From: Bacillota bacterium
Lineage (GTDB): Bacteria > Bacillota_I > Bacilli_A > Izemoplasmatales > Hujiaoplasmataceae
Length of the DNA stretch: 62,969 bases
Assembly (NCBI GenBank): GCA_003245625.1
Contig: QKCT01000106.1
Span: 1 to 62,969 of the forward strand
Direction of reading: 5' to 3'
Shown: piece by piece, positions 1 to 9,022 of the stretch
Position numbering within the stretch: position 1 is the stretch's first letter
Layout of the letters: each line of letters begins with the position of its first letter
Program-made: the position numbers and the translations under genes
The notes under the pieces: model-generated
What the model saw: only the letters and a program-made list of their open reading frames with translations
The model's database searches: none
Told to the model about the DNA's origin: nothing

Positions 1-4
1 GCAT

Positions 5-880
5 ATGATGACACTATCCTTTTTCCAAGATTTATTCTTGGAAGACTTCATGTTACGGGCTCTTCTAACAGGAATCATCTTAGGTGCTTTGGCTCCTTTA
101 ATCGGCTCCATTGTCGTCGTTAGACGTCTATCATTCATTGCTGATACATTAGGTCATTTTTCGCTGGTTGGTATCTCTGTCAGTTTATACATTTCTACAT
201 TTGGTATCACGTTTTTCTTGGAAAAACCGCTCTATTTAGGATTGTTATTTTCTGTTATCGGAGGGCTTTTGATTGAATTGTTCCGAAGGTCGTATAAGAA
301 CTACAAAGAGATTTCGATGGTTATTGTAATCAGTTTGGGTTCTGCTCTTAGTGCGATATTTTTCTCTCTCGCAAAAAAAACAGGGTCCCTGTTTACCTAT
401 CTCTTTGGTTCTATCCTTACGGTAACCAATTACTATCTAGTATTAATTTTCATCACTGCGATTATTGTTCTAGTGTTGTTTATTCTATTTGGAAAACATA
501 TCTTATCTGTTAGTTTTGATGAAACAACTGCTCGTTTCTTGGGAATCAATGTTAACCTCTTCCAATTGATATTCATGATCGTATTATCTATGGTTGTATC
601 GGTATTGTTAGAGTCTGTCGGGGTTTTATTGATTTCTTCTATGATGATTATTCCTGTCGCTTCTGCTATGAGGATTGGTTGGAGTTATCGTTCTACTTTG
701 ATCATATCGGTATTGTTTTCTGAACTCTCTATCTTACTTGGATTATGGTTGGCTTATTCCTTCATCATCCCAAGTGGTGCAGCCATTGTTTCGGTCAACG
801 TAATCATCTTATTGGTGGTTTCCATCGTGAAAAAGATTGTGATTAAGAGAAACATTGCAAAATTAGATAAATTACAATAA
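5..880 (+). CDS. Metal (Zn/Mn) ABC transporter permease, ZnuB/MntB family
   Basis: Highly hydrophobic; motifs 'VVRRLSFIADTLGHFSL', 'YLFGSIL', 'VGVLLISSMMIIP', 'PSGAAIV' typical of ABC-3 permeases. Confidence 0.9.
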   Translation: MMTLSFFQDLFLEDFMLRALLTGIILGALAPLIGSIVVVRRLSFIADTLGHFSLVGISVSLYISTFGITFFLEKPLYLGLLFSVIGGLLIELFRRSYKNYKEISMVIVISLGSALSAIFFSLAKKTGSLFTYLFGSILTVTNYYLVLIFITAIIVLVLFILFGKHILSVSFDETTARFLGINVNLFQLIFMIVLSMVVSVLLESVGVLLISSMMIIPVASAMRIGWSYRSTLIISVLFSELSILLGLWLAYSFIIPSGAAIVSVNVIILLVVSIVKKIVIKRNIAKLDKLQ

Positions 881-881
881 G

Positions 882-907
882 GATGAGTTTCTAACTCATC
901 TTTTTTT
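882..907 (+). terminator. Intrinsic terminator
   Basis: GATGAGTT-TCT-AACTCATC hairpin followed by T7 just after the stop codon. Confidence 0.85.
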
Positions 908-973
908 GATAAAAAATTTTGATTTTATCCATGATTATGGTATTATTTTTTTGATGAATTAAGAGGTGACCAA

Positions 974-1384
974 ATGTTTGAAATGCAGAATGAAGTACGC
1001 TACTATGAAACAGATATGCAACAAATCGTCCACCATTCAAATTATTTAAGATGGTTTGAACTGGTTCGCACCAAATATTTAGAATTCATTGGTATTTCGA
1101 TATCCGATATTGAAAACGGTGGTGTTTACTATGTCATGAAGGATGCGAAATTGGAATACATGAAACCCGTAAAATATGGAGAACCCGTTGTACTAAAGTG
1201 TCGATTAGTGAAATATAATGGGATTCGCCTTGTGCATCAATATGAAGTGTGCGTTGGGGAAGAAATACGCTGCACAGGGGAAACTACATTGGTCAATGTA
1301 AACAAAACAACAATGTTACCAATCAACTACAAGAAAGTGGATGAAACATTTCACAATATCATCCTGAATTCAGTAGAAAAATAA
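974..1384 (+). CDS. Acyl-CoA thioesterase, YbgC/FadM (4HBT hotdog) family
   Basis: 'VRYYETDMQQIVHHSNYLRWFELVR' motif; RBS GAGGTG upstream. Confidence 0.88.
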   Translation: MFEMQNEVRYYETDMQQIVHHSNYLRWFELVRTKYLEFIGISISDIENGGVYYVMKDAKLEYMKPVKYGEPVVLKCRLVKYNGIRLVHQYEVCVGEEIRCTGETTLVNVNKTTMLPINYKKVDETFHNIILNSVEK

Positions 1385-1387
1385 AAC

Positions 1388-1416
1388 AAAGATGAGTCTT
1401 ATTGGCTCATCTTTTT
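1388..1416. terminator. Bidirectional intrinsic terminator between thioesterase and truA
   Basis: AAAGATGAGTC-TTATT-GGCTCATCTTT with A-run before and T-run after, between convergent genes. Confidence 0.75.
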
Positions 1417-2383
1417 AATAGGTAATTTGTTCGAGATATAGTCCGGATGCTGGGGCCATATGTTTCGTATGACTTCGGTCTTTTTCTTCTAAGATTTCAA
1501 TGATATCTTTTTCGAGATTGCCTTTCGCAATTTCTACTAAAGTATAAACTAAAATACGAATCATATATCGAAGAAATCCATCGCCAATAAAGGTCAATAC
1601 CAATCCGTTTTTGGTTTGTTTACAGCGAGCATCAAAGATGGTTCGAACCGATGAATCCGGATCACCTTTACAGAAACTCAAGAAATCATGAGTTCCAATG
1701 ATTTTCTGTAATTGTTCTTCTAGTTTCAAGATGTCTAACCCATCTACTGCCCATTCGTAATAGATTTGAAATGGATCTTTTTCTCCAAGACGAATTTTAT
1801 AAGAGTATTCTTTACTGAAAACATCATATCTGGAGTGAAACAATGGGTGAACCATTTCTACATTTTTCACCAACATATCATTTGGTAATTGATAATTAAG
1901 ATATTCCCGCCATCGAACTGGTGTGAGGGATTTATTGGAGTCGAAGTGAAATACATAATTCTTCGCATGGACTCCAGAATCCGTTCTAGAAGCACCTTGA
2001 ACAAGGGTCTCGACTCCATTAACGCTAGATACAACTCGAGTCAATTCACCTTGAATGGTCAATTGATTCTCTTGAACTTGATATCCTGCATACCGATGTC
2101 CGTCATACGCCATCACAGCGCGAAATCTTTGATATCCGAGTTCTTTCTTAACAATTACTATCCTCTGTATGAAATCACCTTTAAATCCTATCTTAACGGG
2201 ATTTCCGTGTTTGTTATAACCGTATAGCATATGCGAGTTATCGATTGGATTCAAATCCCAATCTGTAAAATCATCCATATGTTCGCGAATTACTTGATAT
2301 ACTGCATCTCTTCCAAGATAGACTTGTTTATTATATTTAAGGCCGATGTCCTCTGTTAATATCTCATAACGAAATTCGATCAT
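1415..2383 (-). CDS. truA: tRNA pseudouridine(38-40) synthase TruA with ~84-aa N-terminal extension
   Basis: 'AYDG..YAGYQ', catalytic 'ASRTDSGVHA', 'GTHDF.SF', 'GFLRYMIR', 'APASGLYL'; conserved position after ecfT. Confidence 0.93.
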   Translation of the reverse strand: MIEFRYEILTEDIGLKYNKQVYLGRDAVYQVIREHMDDFTDWDLNPIDNSHMLYGYNKHGNPVKIGFKGDFIQRIVIVKKELGYQRFRAVMAYDGHRYAGYQVQENQLTIQGELTRVVSSVNGVETLVQGASRTDSGVHAKNYVFHFDSNKSLTPVRWREYLNYQLPNDMLVKNVEMVHPLFHSRYDVFSKEYSYKIRLGEKDPFQIYYEWAVDGLDILKLEEQLQKIIGTHDFLSFCKGDPDSSVRTIFDARCKQTKNGLVLTFIGDGFLRYMIRILVYTLVEIAKGNLEKDIIEILEEKDRSHTKHMAPASGLYLEQITY

Positions 2384-3345
2384 AACATCACCTTAACATA
2401 AATCGCACCAGCGAAACATAATGCAGTGAAAAGCCCTGTATAAATATCAACTATGGTGAAGCGTAAAATGTTGATTCTGGTTCGTTGTTCTCCCGGCACA
2501 AAGTTTCTTGACTCCATTGCATCCGCTAGTTCTTCACTCCGCATAAATGCGATAATAAACATTGGCACCAATAAAGAGATGATCTGTTTTAGTTTGTCTT
2601 TTAATTTCCCTTCTGTAAAATCAGCACCACGACTTGCTTGAGCAGACATGATTTTTTGAGCTTCATCAAAAATCGTAGGAATATAGCGAAGACTAATCGA
2701 AATAATTAAAGCAAAATCTTCGGAATGAAACCCTAGTTTTTTTAGAGGATGCATTAAACTTTCCAACCCTTGGGTTAAATCTGTTGGTTTTGTAGTTAAC
2801 GTTAGAACTGTAGTCAAAGTGATAATGATCAACAACCTTAATACAACGAAAACAGACATTTCAACACCTTTTTCATAAATCGTCAATTGAAAAGAATAGA
2901 AATCTGTATGGAGTGTGGCATAACGGAAGTTGAAGTACAATCCGAGAACAAATAGGACAAATAGAAGTATTTTAAAACGATTAAAGCGCAATAAAAAGCG
3001 CCAGAGAACGAAGATAAGAAGGGCAAAAATCACACTCGTAAGATTGAAATGCATCGTTGCAGTCGAAAGAACGACACCTTCTGTATTTAGTGCAATCTGA
3101 AATACAAAGGTAAATACTAAGAGAATAAAGATCGGTTTCAACCCTCGCAATACTTTCAACAAGGATATTCTTCCCGCAAGTAGTAAAACGACCGCAATAC
3201 CAATCGCAATCGCTAATTGCAGAATCGTTTCAAGCATAAATACGGCAATCATTAAGAACAGAATTGTAATGATTTTCGTTCTCGGATCCAATCGATAAAA
3301 GAACCCACTGCCAGGAATATACTGACCAATGATGATACTATTCAT
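2380..3345 (-). CDS. ecfT: ECF transporter transmembrane component T
   Basis: 'IGQYIPG', 'LDPRTKI', 'AQASRG', 'AMESR'; follows two ECF ATPases. Confidence 0.92.
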   Translation of the reverse strand: MNSIIIGQYIPGSGFFYRLDPRTKIITILFLMIAVFMLETILQLAIAIGIAVVLLLAGRISLLKVLRGLKPIFILLVFTFVFQIALNTEGVVLSTATMHFNLTSVIFALLIFVLWRFLLRFNRFKILLFVLFVLGLYFNFRYATLHTDFYSFQLTIYEKGVEMSVFVVLRLLIIITLTTVLTLTTKPTDLTQGLESLMHPLKKLGFHSEDFALIISISLRYIPTIFDEAQKIMSAQASRGADFTEGKLKDKLKQIISLLVPMFIIAFMRSEELADAMESRNFVPGEQRTRINILRFTIVDIYTGLFTALCFAGAIYVKVML

Positions 3346-4201
3346 GTGTCATCACCCGCCTTAGTTCTATCGCTGCTTCTTCCGGCGTTTTTTGATAGAT
3401 ATCAAGGTTTATACCTTGCTTGTCTTTGATATATTTTAGTGCTTTGACTGTATTCGGTAAATCGAGGTGATTTTGTTCGATGATATCACTTCGAAAGAGG
3501 TCATCCGGTGATCCGTCAAAGGATAACATTCCATCTTTCAACACGATGACACGTTTAAAATAACGATAGACCAAGTCCATATCGTGTGTGATGATGATAA
3601 CGGATTTTCCTGTTTTCCTATGGATATCAGAAAAAAGCTCCATCAATACTTGTCTACCATGCGGGTCCAATCCGCTTGTCGGTTCATCCAAAACCAAAAT
3701 TTTTGGATCCATCGCTAAAATACCTGCGATACTAACGCGTTTTTTCTCTCCTCCCGATAGATTGAATGGATTTCGTTTGAGATAACTATCATCTAGTCCA
3801 ACAAGTTGAATCGCTTCTTTGGCCAAACGTTTTGCCTCTTCGAAAGGGACTTTATAATTCAACGGACCAAACATAATATCTTTTTCCACGGTTTCTTCAA
3901 ACAACTGATATTCTGGAAATTGGAAAACAAGACCCACTTGGCGTCTTAGATTATTATATTTGACCTTTTTATCGCGTTTTTTTGTAATTGTCTCGTTAAA
4001 AATATTCAAATACCCTTCTGTTGGGAACATCAGTGCATTCATATGTTTCGCCAAGGTTGATTTACCGGATCCAGTATGCCCGACCAAAGCAATGAATTCG
4101 TCTTTGGATTCTATAGAAAGGGAGATATTTTGAATTGCCTTATAAGTTTTCTTAGAGTATGAATCGTACTCGTGAGTTACATTGTAGAAACGAATTCCCA
4201 T
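3338..4201 (-). CDS. ecfA2: ECF transporter ATPase A2
   Basis: Walker A GHTGSGKS, 'VGLVFQFPEYQLFEETV', LSGGEKKR. Confidence 0.93.
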   Translation of the reverse strand: MGIRFYNVTHEYDSYSKKTYKAIQNISLSIESKDEFIALVGHTGSGKSTLAKHMNALMFPTEGYLNIFNETITKKRDKKVKYNNLRRQVGLVFQFPEYQLFEETVEKDIMFGPLNYKVPFEEAKRLAKEAIQLVGLDDSYLKRNPFNLSGGEKKRVSIAGILAMDPKILVLDEPTSGLDPHGRQVLMELFSDIHRKTGKSVIIITHDMDLVYRYFKRVIVLKDGMLSFDGSPDDLFRSDIIEQNHLDLPNTVKALKYIKDKQGINLDIYQKTPEEAAIELRRVMTHE

Positions 4202-4968
4202 AGGATTTCCTTTAATTTGATATCTTCGATGAGAGAAGCGATTTCAAGAGCCACAGGCAATTCAAGATGGTTCTCGTCAAACAATTCTTTCTTTTCTAAG
4301 ATGGTATGGGTGTTATCAAAAGCAGCGATTTCGCCTTGTTTCATAATCATAATCTTGTCCGCAAGAATGGCTTCATTGACATCGTGAGTGATCATAATGA
4401 TCGTGAAACCCTCTTGATTCAATGATTGAATATAGCGAATCAAATCATTTCTAGTGTAAGGGTCGAGCATGGAAGTAGCTTCATCAAAAATTAGAATATC
4501 CGATCTCATCGCCAAAATTCCAGCGATTGCGACTCGTTGTTTCTGTCCTCCGGATAGATTGGATGGTTGTTTGTCTAAGTACTGTTCCATACCAACTTTT
4601 TGAGCATAGAATTCAATACGCTTCAACATTTCATCTCTTGGAATACATAGATTTTCCATGCCAAAAGCGATGTCATCTCTTACCGTGACACCGACGAACT
4701 GATTATCTGGATTTTGAAATACAATTCCGACTTTTTTGCGCAAGTCAAACGCTGTTTCTTCGCTCAATTTGATCGAATCGATTCGGATTTCCCCTGACTG
4801 TGGTTCCAGCAACCCTACCAAGGTTTTCGCCAAGGTGGATTTTCCAGATCCATTGTGTCCTAAAATGGCAATCCATTCGCCTTTTTCGATCGTGAAACTG
4901 ACTTGATTCAAAGTCCGTTTTTCTTCACTGTATGCGAAAGAAATTTGCTCTACATCTATTATGCTCAT
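4177..4968 (-). CDS. ecfA1: ECF transporter ATPase A1 (ATG start at 4968 preferred; ORF track extends to 4983)
   Basis: GHNGSGKS, 'VFQNPDNQFVG', LSGGQKQR, 'DEATSMLDP'. Confidence 0.93.
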   Translation of the reverse strand: MSIIDVEQISFAYSEEKRTLNQVSFTIEKGEWIAILGHNGSGKSTLAKTLVGLLEPQSGEIRIDSIKLSEETAFDLRKKVGIVFQNPDNQFVGVTVRDDIAFGMENLCIPRDEMLKRIEFYAQKVGMEQYLDKQPSNLSGGQKQRVAIAGILAMRSDILIFDEATSMLDPYTRNDLIRYIQSLNQEGFTIIMITHDVNEAILADKIMIMKQGEIAAFDNTHTILEKKELFDENHLELPVALEIASLIEDIKLKEILWEFVSTM

Positions 4969-5015
4969 TTCAATACCGTCCAACTAAATATTATATCAAA
5001 TAATTGGCTTTTTTC

Positions 5016-5735
5016 CTAACCTAACAATGCATTTTCAATATCTCTCATCGTTACAATTCCAAGAAGTTTTTCCTTTGGTTCCCCATGTTCCGTTACTAAA
5101 AGAACCAACATTTCTCTGCGATGCTTACGATCTTTGTCAAAATGGTCATATGCGGTTTCCACAAGTGTGTTACGTGCTACAAAAGTGAAGAATTTTCTAG
5201 GATCATAATTCAAATCTATCGCTTCTAATATCTCTTTGATCTTCATCGTTTTGGAAATAGAATCATGTCGATACATCGATAAAAAATCAAAGACGGATTT
5301 TTCTGTAAAAATACCCACTAATTGATGATTTTCTATAATCGGAATCGTACTGTATCCCTTTTCTTTCAAGGAGTCAATTGCTTGCCCTACTGTATCATTG
5401 GGAGTTAAAGTCATCAGTTTGGAAAATCCAATCATGATATGTTCAACCTTAAGGGGATTCGTTAACTTATCAACAATTTCCGTAAACCGATGCATGAACG
5501 TATCCGACGGAATCAAAACATCGTTATTATGAGCAATAATATTTCGAATCTGAGATGCTTGTTTGAGAATATCGAAATTATATTTGTTATCGATGATTTT
5601 GTTTTTTCCTGCTTTTTTAATTTTATACAGAGTCGACATAAAACCAGAATAAGAAAAACTATCCTGTGTATACTCAACCCTTAAGTATTGTTCCAAGCGG
5701 TTGAAAACTTCGAGGAATTCTTTTTCTTTGGACAT
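5016..5735 (-). CDS. CBS-pair protein with N-terminal helical domain carrying a HEPN-like RxxxxH motif
   Basis: C-terminal CBS motifs 'GYSTIPII...LVGIFTEKSV' and 'LLVTEHG...LLGIVTMRDI'; N-terminal 'FNRLEQYLR...QIRNIIAH'; RBS GGAGTG before ATG 5735. Confidence 0.75.
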   Translation of the reverse strand: MSKEKEFLEVFNRLEQYLRVEYTQDSFSYSGFMSTLYKIKKAGKNKIIDNKYNFDILKQASQIRNIIAHNNDVLIPSDTFMHRFTEIVDKLTNPLKVEHIMIGFSKLMTLTPNDTVGQAIDSLKEKGYSTIPIIENHQLVGIFTEKSVFDFLSMYRHDSISKTMKIKEILEAIDLNYDPRKFFTFVARNTLVETAYDHFDKDRKHRREMLVLLVTEHGEPKEKLLGIVTMRDIENALLG

Positions 5736-5746
5736 CTTTATCACTC

Positions 5747-6403
5747 CTAGCTCATAGCGTCTTGAATCGATATCGTATAGGTATAATCCGTTAGATTTAA
5801 ATCTCCGAAGGTAATACTGTCTTCAATGCTTTGACGTCCAACCCGGTCAAAAATCTGATCTAAAAGATTTTGGGAAAGCTGTTTTTCACCGAGATAATAT
5901 GTATCCAAAGTCAATACAACTTGCATGTTTGGAACGATATCAAATTCGATATCAAAAACCATGATTAATGCCGTTTCTGTGGAAACGTATTTGTTTGCAC
6001 CGGCACTAATGGTGATGACCAATTGATTGTCATCATTGAGTTCTGCATATGCATATTCAATGAAATAGTATTCATCATACATGATATAATCACAACTTGT
6101 ATCCGAACAGTCCGTTGCTAAAGGATCATAATCAGGGTTGATATTTTCGCGAATGGAGTCGAGAATAATCAGATTAATAAACTCTTCCATAATTGTGTAT
6201 CGATCTTCATTACCTGCTAAAACAAGGCTCACAGCTTTGAGTTTTGCAAAAGCCAATAAATCTCCCGAGGTTTCATAAACATCACTAGGAAGATCTGCAT
6301 CCGTTACCTGATACTCAATCGTATTTAAAAATGAGAATAAAACAACAACTAGCGCTACAACAATCACTAAAAGAAAAACCAAGAAACGTTTTAAAAATTT
6401 CAT
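5747..6403 (-). CDS. Hypothetical N-terminally membrane-anchored acidic protein
   Basis: Basic N-terminus plus one long hydrophobic segment; acidic ectodomain with a CxxxxC pair; RBS AGGAGG. Confidence 0.75.
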   Translation of the reverse strand: MKFLKRFLVFLLVIVVALVVVLFSFLNTIEYQVTDADLPSDVYETSGDLLAFAKLKAVSLVLAGNEDRYTIMEEFINLIILDSIRENINPDYDPLATDCSDTSCDYIMYDEYYFIEYAYAELNDDNQLVITISAGANKYVSTETALIMVFDIEFDIVPNMQVVLTLDTYYLGEKQLSQNLLDQIFDRVGRQSIEDSITFGDLNLTDYTYTISIQDAMS

Positions 6404-6461
6404 GTCTGCTTCCTCCTATTGTTTAGGAACATATATACCTATTGTAACAAATACAAGGTGT

Positions 6462-6501
6462 AAAAGAAACAAGAAAGGTTGTGTTTTTATCCACAACCTT
6501 T
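6462..6501 (-). terminator. Terminator of the ribosomal protein cluster after rplQ
   Basis: AAAGGTTGTG...CACAACCTTT inverted repeat followed by a T-rich run on the minus strand. Confidence 0.75.
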
Positions 6502-6520
6502 ATCCTTTTATTAATCTTAA

Positions 6521-6883
6521 TTATACCAATTCGATAATAGCCATTGGACAAGAGTCGCCTCTTCTAGGTCCAATCTTGTAGATACGGGTATATCCACCAT
6601 TGCGTTCTTGATATCTTGGTCCCAAATCTGTTAGCAATTTTGTCAATGCATAAGTATCGTCAATTTTCAAATCTCTAACAGTTTGTTCGGCGATTCTAGC
6701 TGAATTCAAGCCGCCCTTTTTTGCAAGAGTAATCAATTTTTCAACAGTTCTTCTGACTTCTTTCGCTTTTACAACTGATGTTTCGATTTTCTCGTGCATA
6801 ATAAGTTGCGTAGCCAAATCACGAATCAGTGCTTTGCGGTTAGCGCTATTACGATTAAGTTTAGTATATCCTCTACTAGCCAT
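6521..6883 (-). CDS. rplQ: 50S ribosomal protein L17
   Basis: 'EKLITLAK', 'RNGGYTRI'; after rpoA. Confidence 0.97.
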   Translation of the reverse strand: MASRGYTKLNRNSANRKALIRDLATQLIMHEKIETSVVKAKEVRRTVEKLITLAKKGGLNSARIAEQTVRDLKIDDTYALTKLLTDLGPRYQERNGGYTRIYKIGPRRGDSCPMAIIELV

Positions 6884-6900
6884 GATTTTCCTCCTATTGA

Positions 6901-7851
6901 TTAGTGTTTAGCTAAGCTCAAATTCATTTCTTCAAGCTTTTGCTTCACTTCTTTCAGTGATTTTTTACCAAGGTTTCTGACTTTCATCATGTCTTCCTCA
7001 GTTTTTTCAATCAATTCACCAAGTGTATGAATACCAGCCCGTTTTAGGCAGTTATATGATCTTACGGAAAGATCAAGATCTTCAATCGGTTTTTCGAGAT
7101 TGCGATTCTTTTCTTCGCTCTTACGTTCGACCATGAAGTCTTCTTCGATTTCAGTCGTAGATAATTCCACAACAGATTGCATATGATCGATTAGCATTTT
7201 GGAAGCCATACCAATGGCATCTTTCGGATGGATGGAACCATTCGTCCAGATTTCCATAATCAATTTGTCGTAATCTCCGGAGTCTTCGACTCTGGTTTTT
7301 TCGACGGTGTAATTTGCCTTAACGATCGGTGTGTAAATGCTGTCGATTGCGATATCGTTGACATCTTCTCTATAAGGAGCGTTATCTTTTGCGCTCACAT
7401 AGCCGTTTCCGCGTTTCGCTTTCATAACCATTCTAAGTTCTTTACCAGCGTTCACATGGCAGATATAGTGATCCGGGTTGATAATGGATACTTGCTCATC
7501 CGCTAAAATGTCACTAGCATAAACGTCCTTTGGTCCGGTTACTGTAATATCCAAACGTTTTTCGACTTTTGGGTCTTCATTGTCAACAGACAAGATGACT
7601 CCCTTCAAGTTTAAAACGATTGCCGTTACGTCTTCGACAACATCATCGATAGGTGTGAATTCATGTACAACATCATCGATGTTGACATTAACGATTGCAG
7701 CGCCTGGCAAAGAAGACAATAAAACTCGCCTTAATGAATTCCCGATGGTGATTCCGAACCCTCTGTCGAGTGGTGTGATAACAAATCTTCCGTATGTGTC
7801 ATTGATCTCTTCGGTAATAGTTTTAGGTTTTTCGAATTTCAAGTCCTTCAT
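6901..7851 (-). CDS. rpoA: RNA polymerase alpha subunit
   Basis: 'GFGITIGNSLRRVLLSS', alpha-CTD 'LDLSVRSYNCLKRAGI', 'RNLGKKSL'. Confidence 0.98.
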   Translation of the reverse strand: MKDLKFEKPKTITEEINDTYGRFVITPLDRGFGITIGNSLRRVLLSSLPGAAIVNVNIDDVVHEFTPIDDVVEDVTAIVLNLKGVILSVDNEDPKVEKRLDITVTGPKDVYASDILADEQVSIINPDHYICHVNAGKELRMVMKAKRGNGYVSAKDNAPYREDVNDIAIDSIYTPIVKANYTVEKTRVEDSGDYDKLIMEIWTNGSIHPKDAIGMASKMLIDHMQSVVELSTTEIEEDFMVERKSEEKNRNLEKPIEDLDLSVRSYNCLKRAGIHTLGELIEKTEEDMMKVRNLGKKSLKEVKQKLEEMNLSLAKH

Positions 7852-7861
7852 TGGCTACCTC

Positions 7862-8248
7862 CTAACCACGTGGTCGTTTTCTTGGACGACATCCATTGTG
7901 TGGAACTGGTGTAACATCTTTGATCGCTGTAATTTCTAATCCTGCAACTTGCAAACTTCTGATTGCCGCTTCACGGCCAGGTCCTGGACCTTTTACTTCA
8001 ACTTCAACCTTAAGCACACCATTGTCCATAGCGGATTTTGCTGCTGCTTCAGATGCAAGTCCTGCTGCAAAAGGAGTTGATTTACGGCTACCTTTATAAC
8101 CGATTGCTCCGGCAGAACTCCATGCAATAGCATTTCCGTTAGTGTCGGTAATTGTTACGATTGTGTTGTTAAACGTCGAATGGATATGTGCAATTCCGGT
8201 AGGAATATTCTTTTTTACACGACGTTTTGTTCTTACATTACGTGCCAT
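7862..8248 (-). CDS. rpsK: 30S ribosomal protein S11
   Basis: 'STFNNTIVT', '[12 protein letters not shown]'. Confidence 0.98.
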   Translation of the reverse strand: MARNVRTKRRVKKNIPTGIAHIHSTFNNTIVTITDTNGNAIAWSSAGAIGYKGSRKSTPFAAGLASEAAAKSAMDNGVLKVEVEVKGPGPGREAAIRSLQVAGLEITAIKDVTPVPHNGCRPRKRPRG

Positions 8249-8266
8249 CTAATTCAATCTCCCTTC

Positions 8267-8632
8267 TTATTTCTTCTTGTTGGCTACTGTTTTTCTTGGA
8301 CCTTTACGAGTTCTTGCATTGTTTCTCGTGTTTTGTCCTCTTACAGGTAAGCCTCTACGGTGACGTAGACCACGGTAAGAACCGTTTTCCATCAAACGTT
8401 TGATATTCATCGCGCGTTCTCTTCTCAAGTCACCTTCTACGATATATTTTTGTACTTCTTGACGAATTCTTACTACTTCTTCGTCCGTCAAATCTTTTGT
8501 TCTTTTATCTTCGGAAATACCAGCAGCTGCCAAGATCTTTTGAGATCTGGTTTTACCAATACCGAATACATATGTTAGCGATATAACTATTCTTTTTTCT
8601 CTAGGAATATCGACTCCTGCGATACGTGCCAT
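8267..8632 (-). CDS. rpsM: 30S ribosomal protein S13
   Basis: '[10 protein letters not shown]', '[18 protein letters not shown]'. Confidence 0.98.
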   Translation of the reverse strand: MARIAGVDIPREKRIVISLTYVFGIGKTRSQKILAAAGISEDKRTKDLTDEEVVRIRQEVQKYIVEGDLRRERAMNIKRLMENGSYRGLRHRRGLPVRGQNTRNNARTRKGPRKTVANKKK

Positions 8633-8641
8633 AATGTCCTC

Positions 8642-8758
8642 CTACTTCCCTTGTCTTTGCTTGTGTTTTGGATTTTCACAAATGACAAGGACCTTTCCAT
8701 TTCGTTTGATTATTTTACATTTATCACAGATTTTTTTCACTGATGGTCTTACTTTCAT
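8642..8758 (-). CDS. rpmJ: 50S ribosomal protein L36, Zn-binding form (not in ORF track)
   Basis: Manual translation [38 protein letters not shown]; RBS AGGAGG; between infA and rpsM. Confidence 0.97.
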   Translation of the reverse strand: MKVRPSVKKICDKCKIIKRNGKVLVICENPKHKQRQGK

Positions 8759-8786
8759 GCCATTACCTCCTAAAATCTTTCTGTTT

Positions 8787-9008
8787 TTATTTCATTCTAT
8801 AGGTGATTCTTCCACGTGTTAGGTCATAAGTGGATAATTCAACTTTAACTTTATCGCCTGGTAAAATGCGTATGTAGTTCATGCGGATTTTACCAGAAAC
8901 GTGGCATTTAATTCGGTGTCCGATTTCCAACTCAACGATGAATTGAGCGTTCGGCAAAACTTCTACTACCTGACCGGTCATTTCGATTACATCATCTTTT
9001 TTTGCCAA
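8787..9008 (-). CDS. infA: Translation initiation factor IF-1 (likely TTG start at 9008)
   Basis: '[17 protein letters not shown]', '[11 protein letters not shown]'; RBS GGGAGTG. Confidence 0.96.
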   Translation of the reverse strand: MAKKDDVIEMTGQVVEVLPNAQFIVELEIGHRIKCHVSGKIRMNYIRILPGDKVKVELSTYDLTRGRITYRMK

Positions 9009-9022
9009 TAAAATCACTCCCT

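Noticed and set aside
882-1411. Similar GATGAGT...CTCATC hairpins flanking the thioesterase gene as a mobile cassette or REP element
   Set aside because: Only about 6-7 bp of shared stem; both are explained as terminators; no transposase, target duplication or further copies noticed
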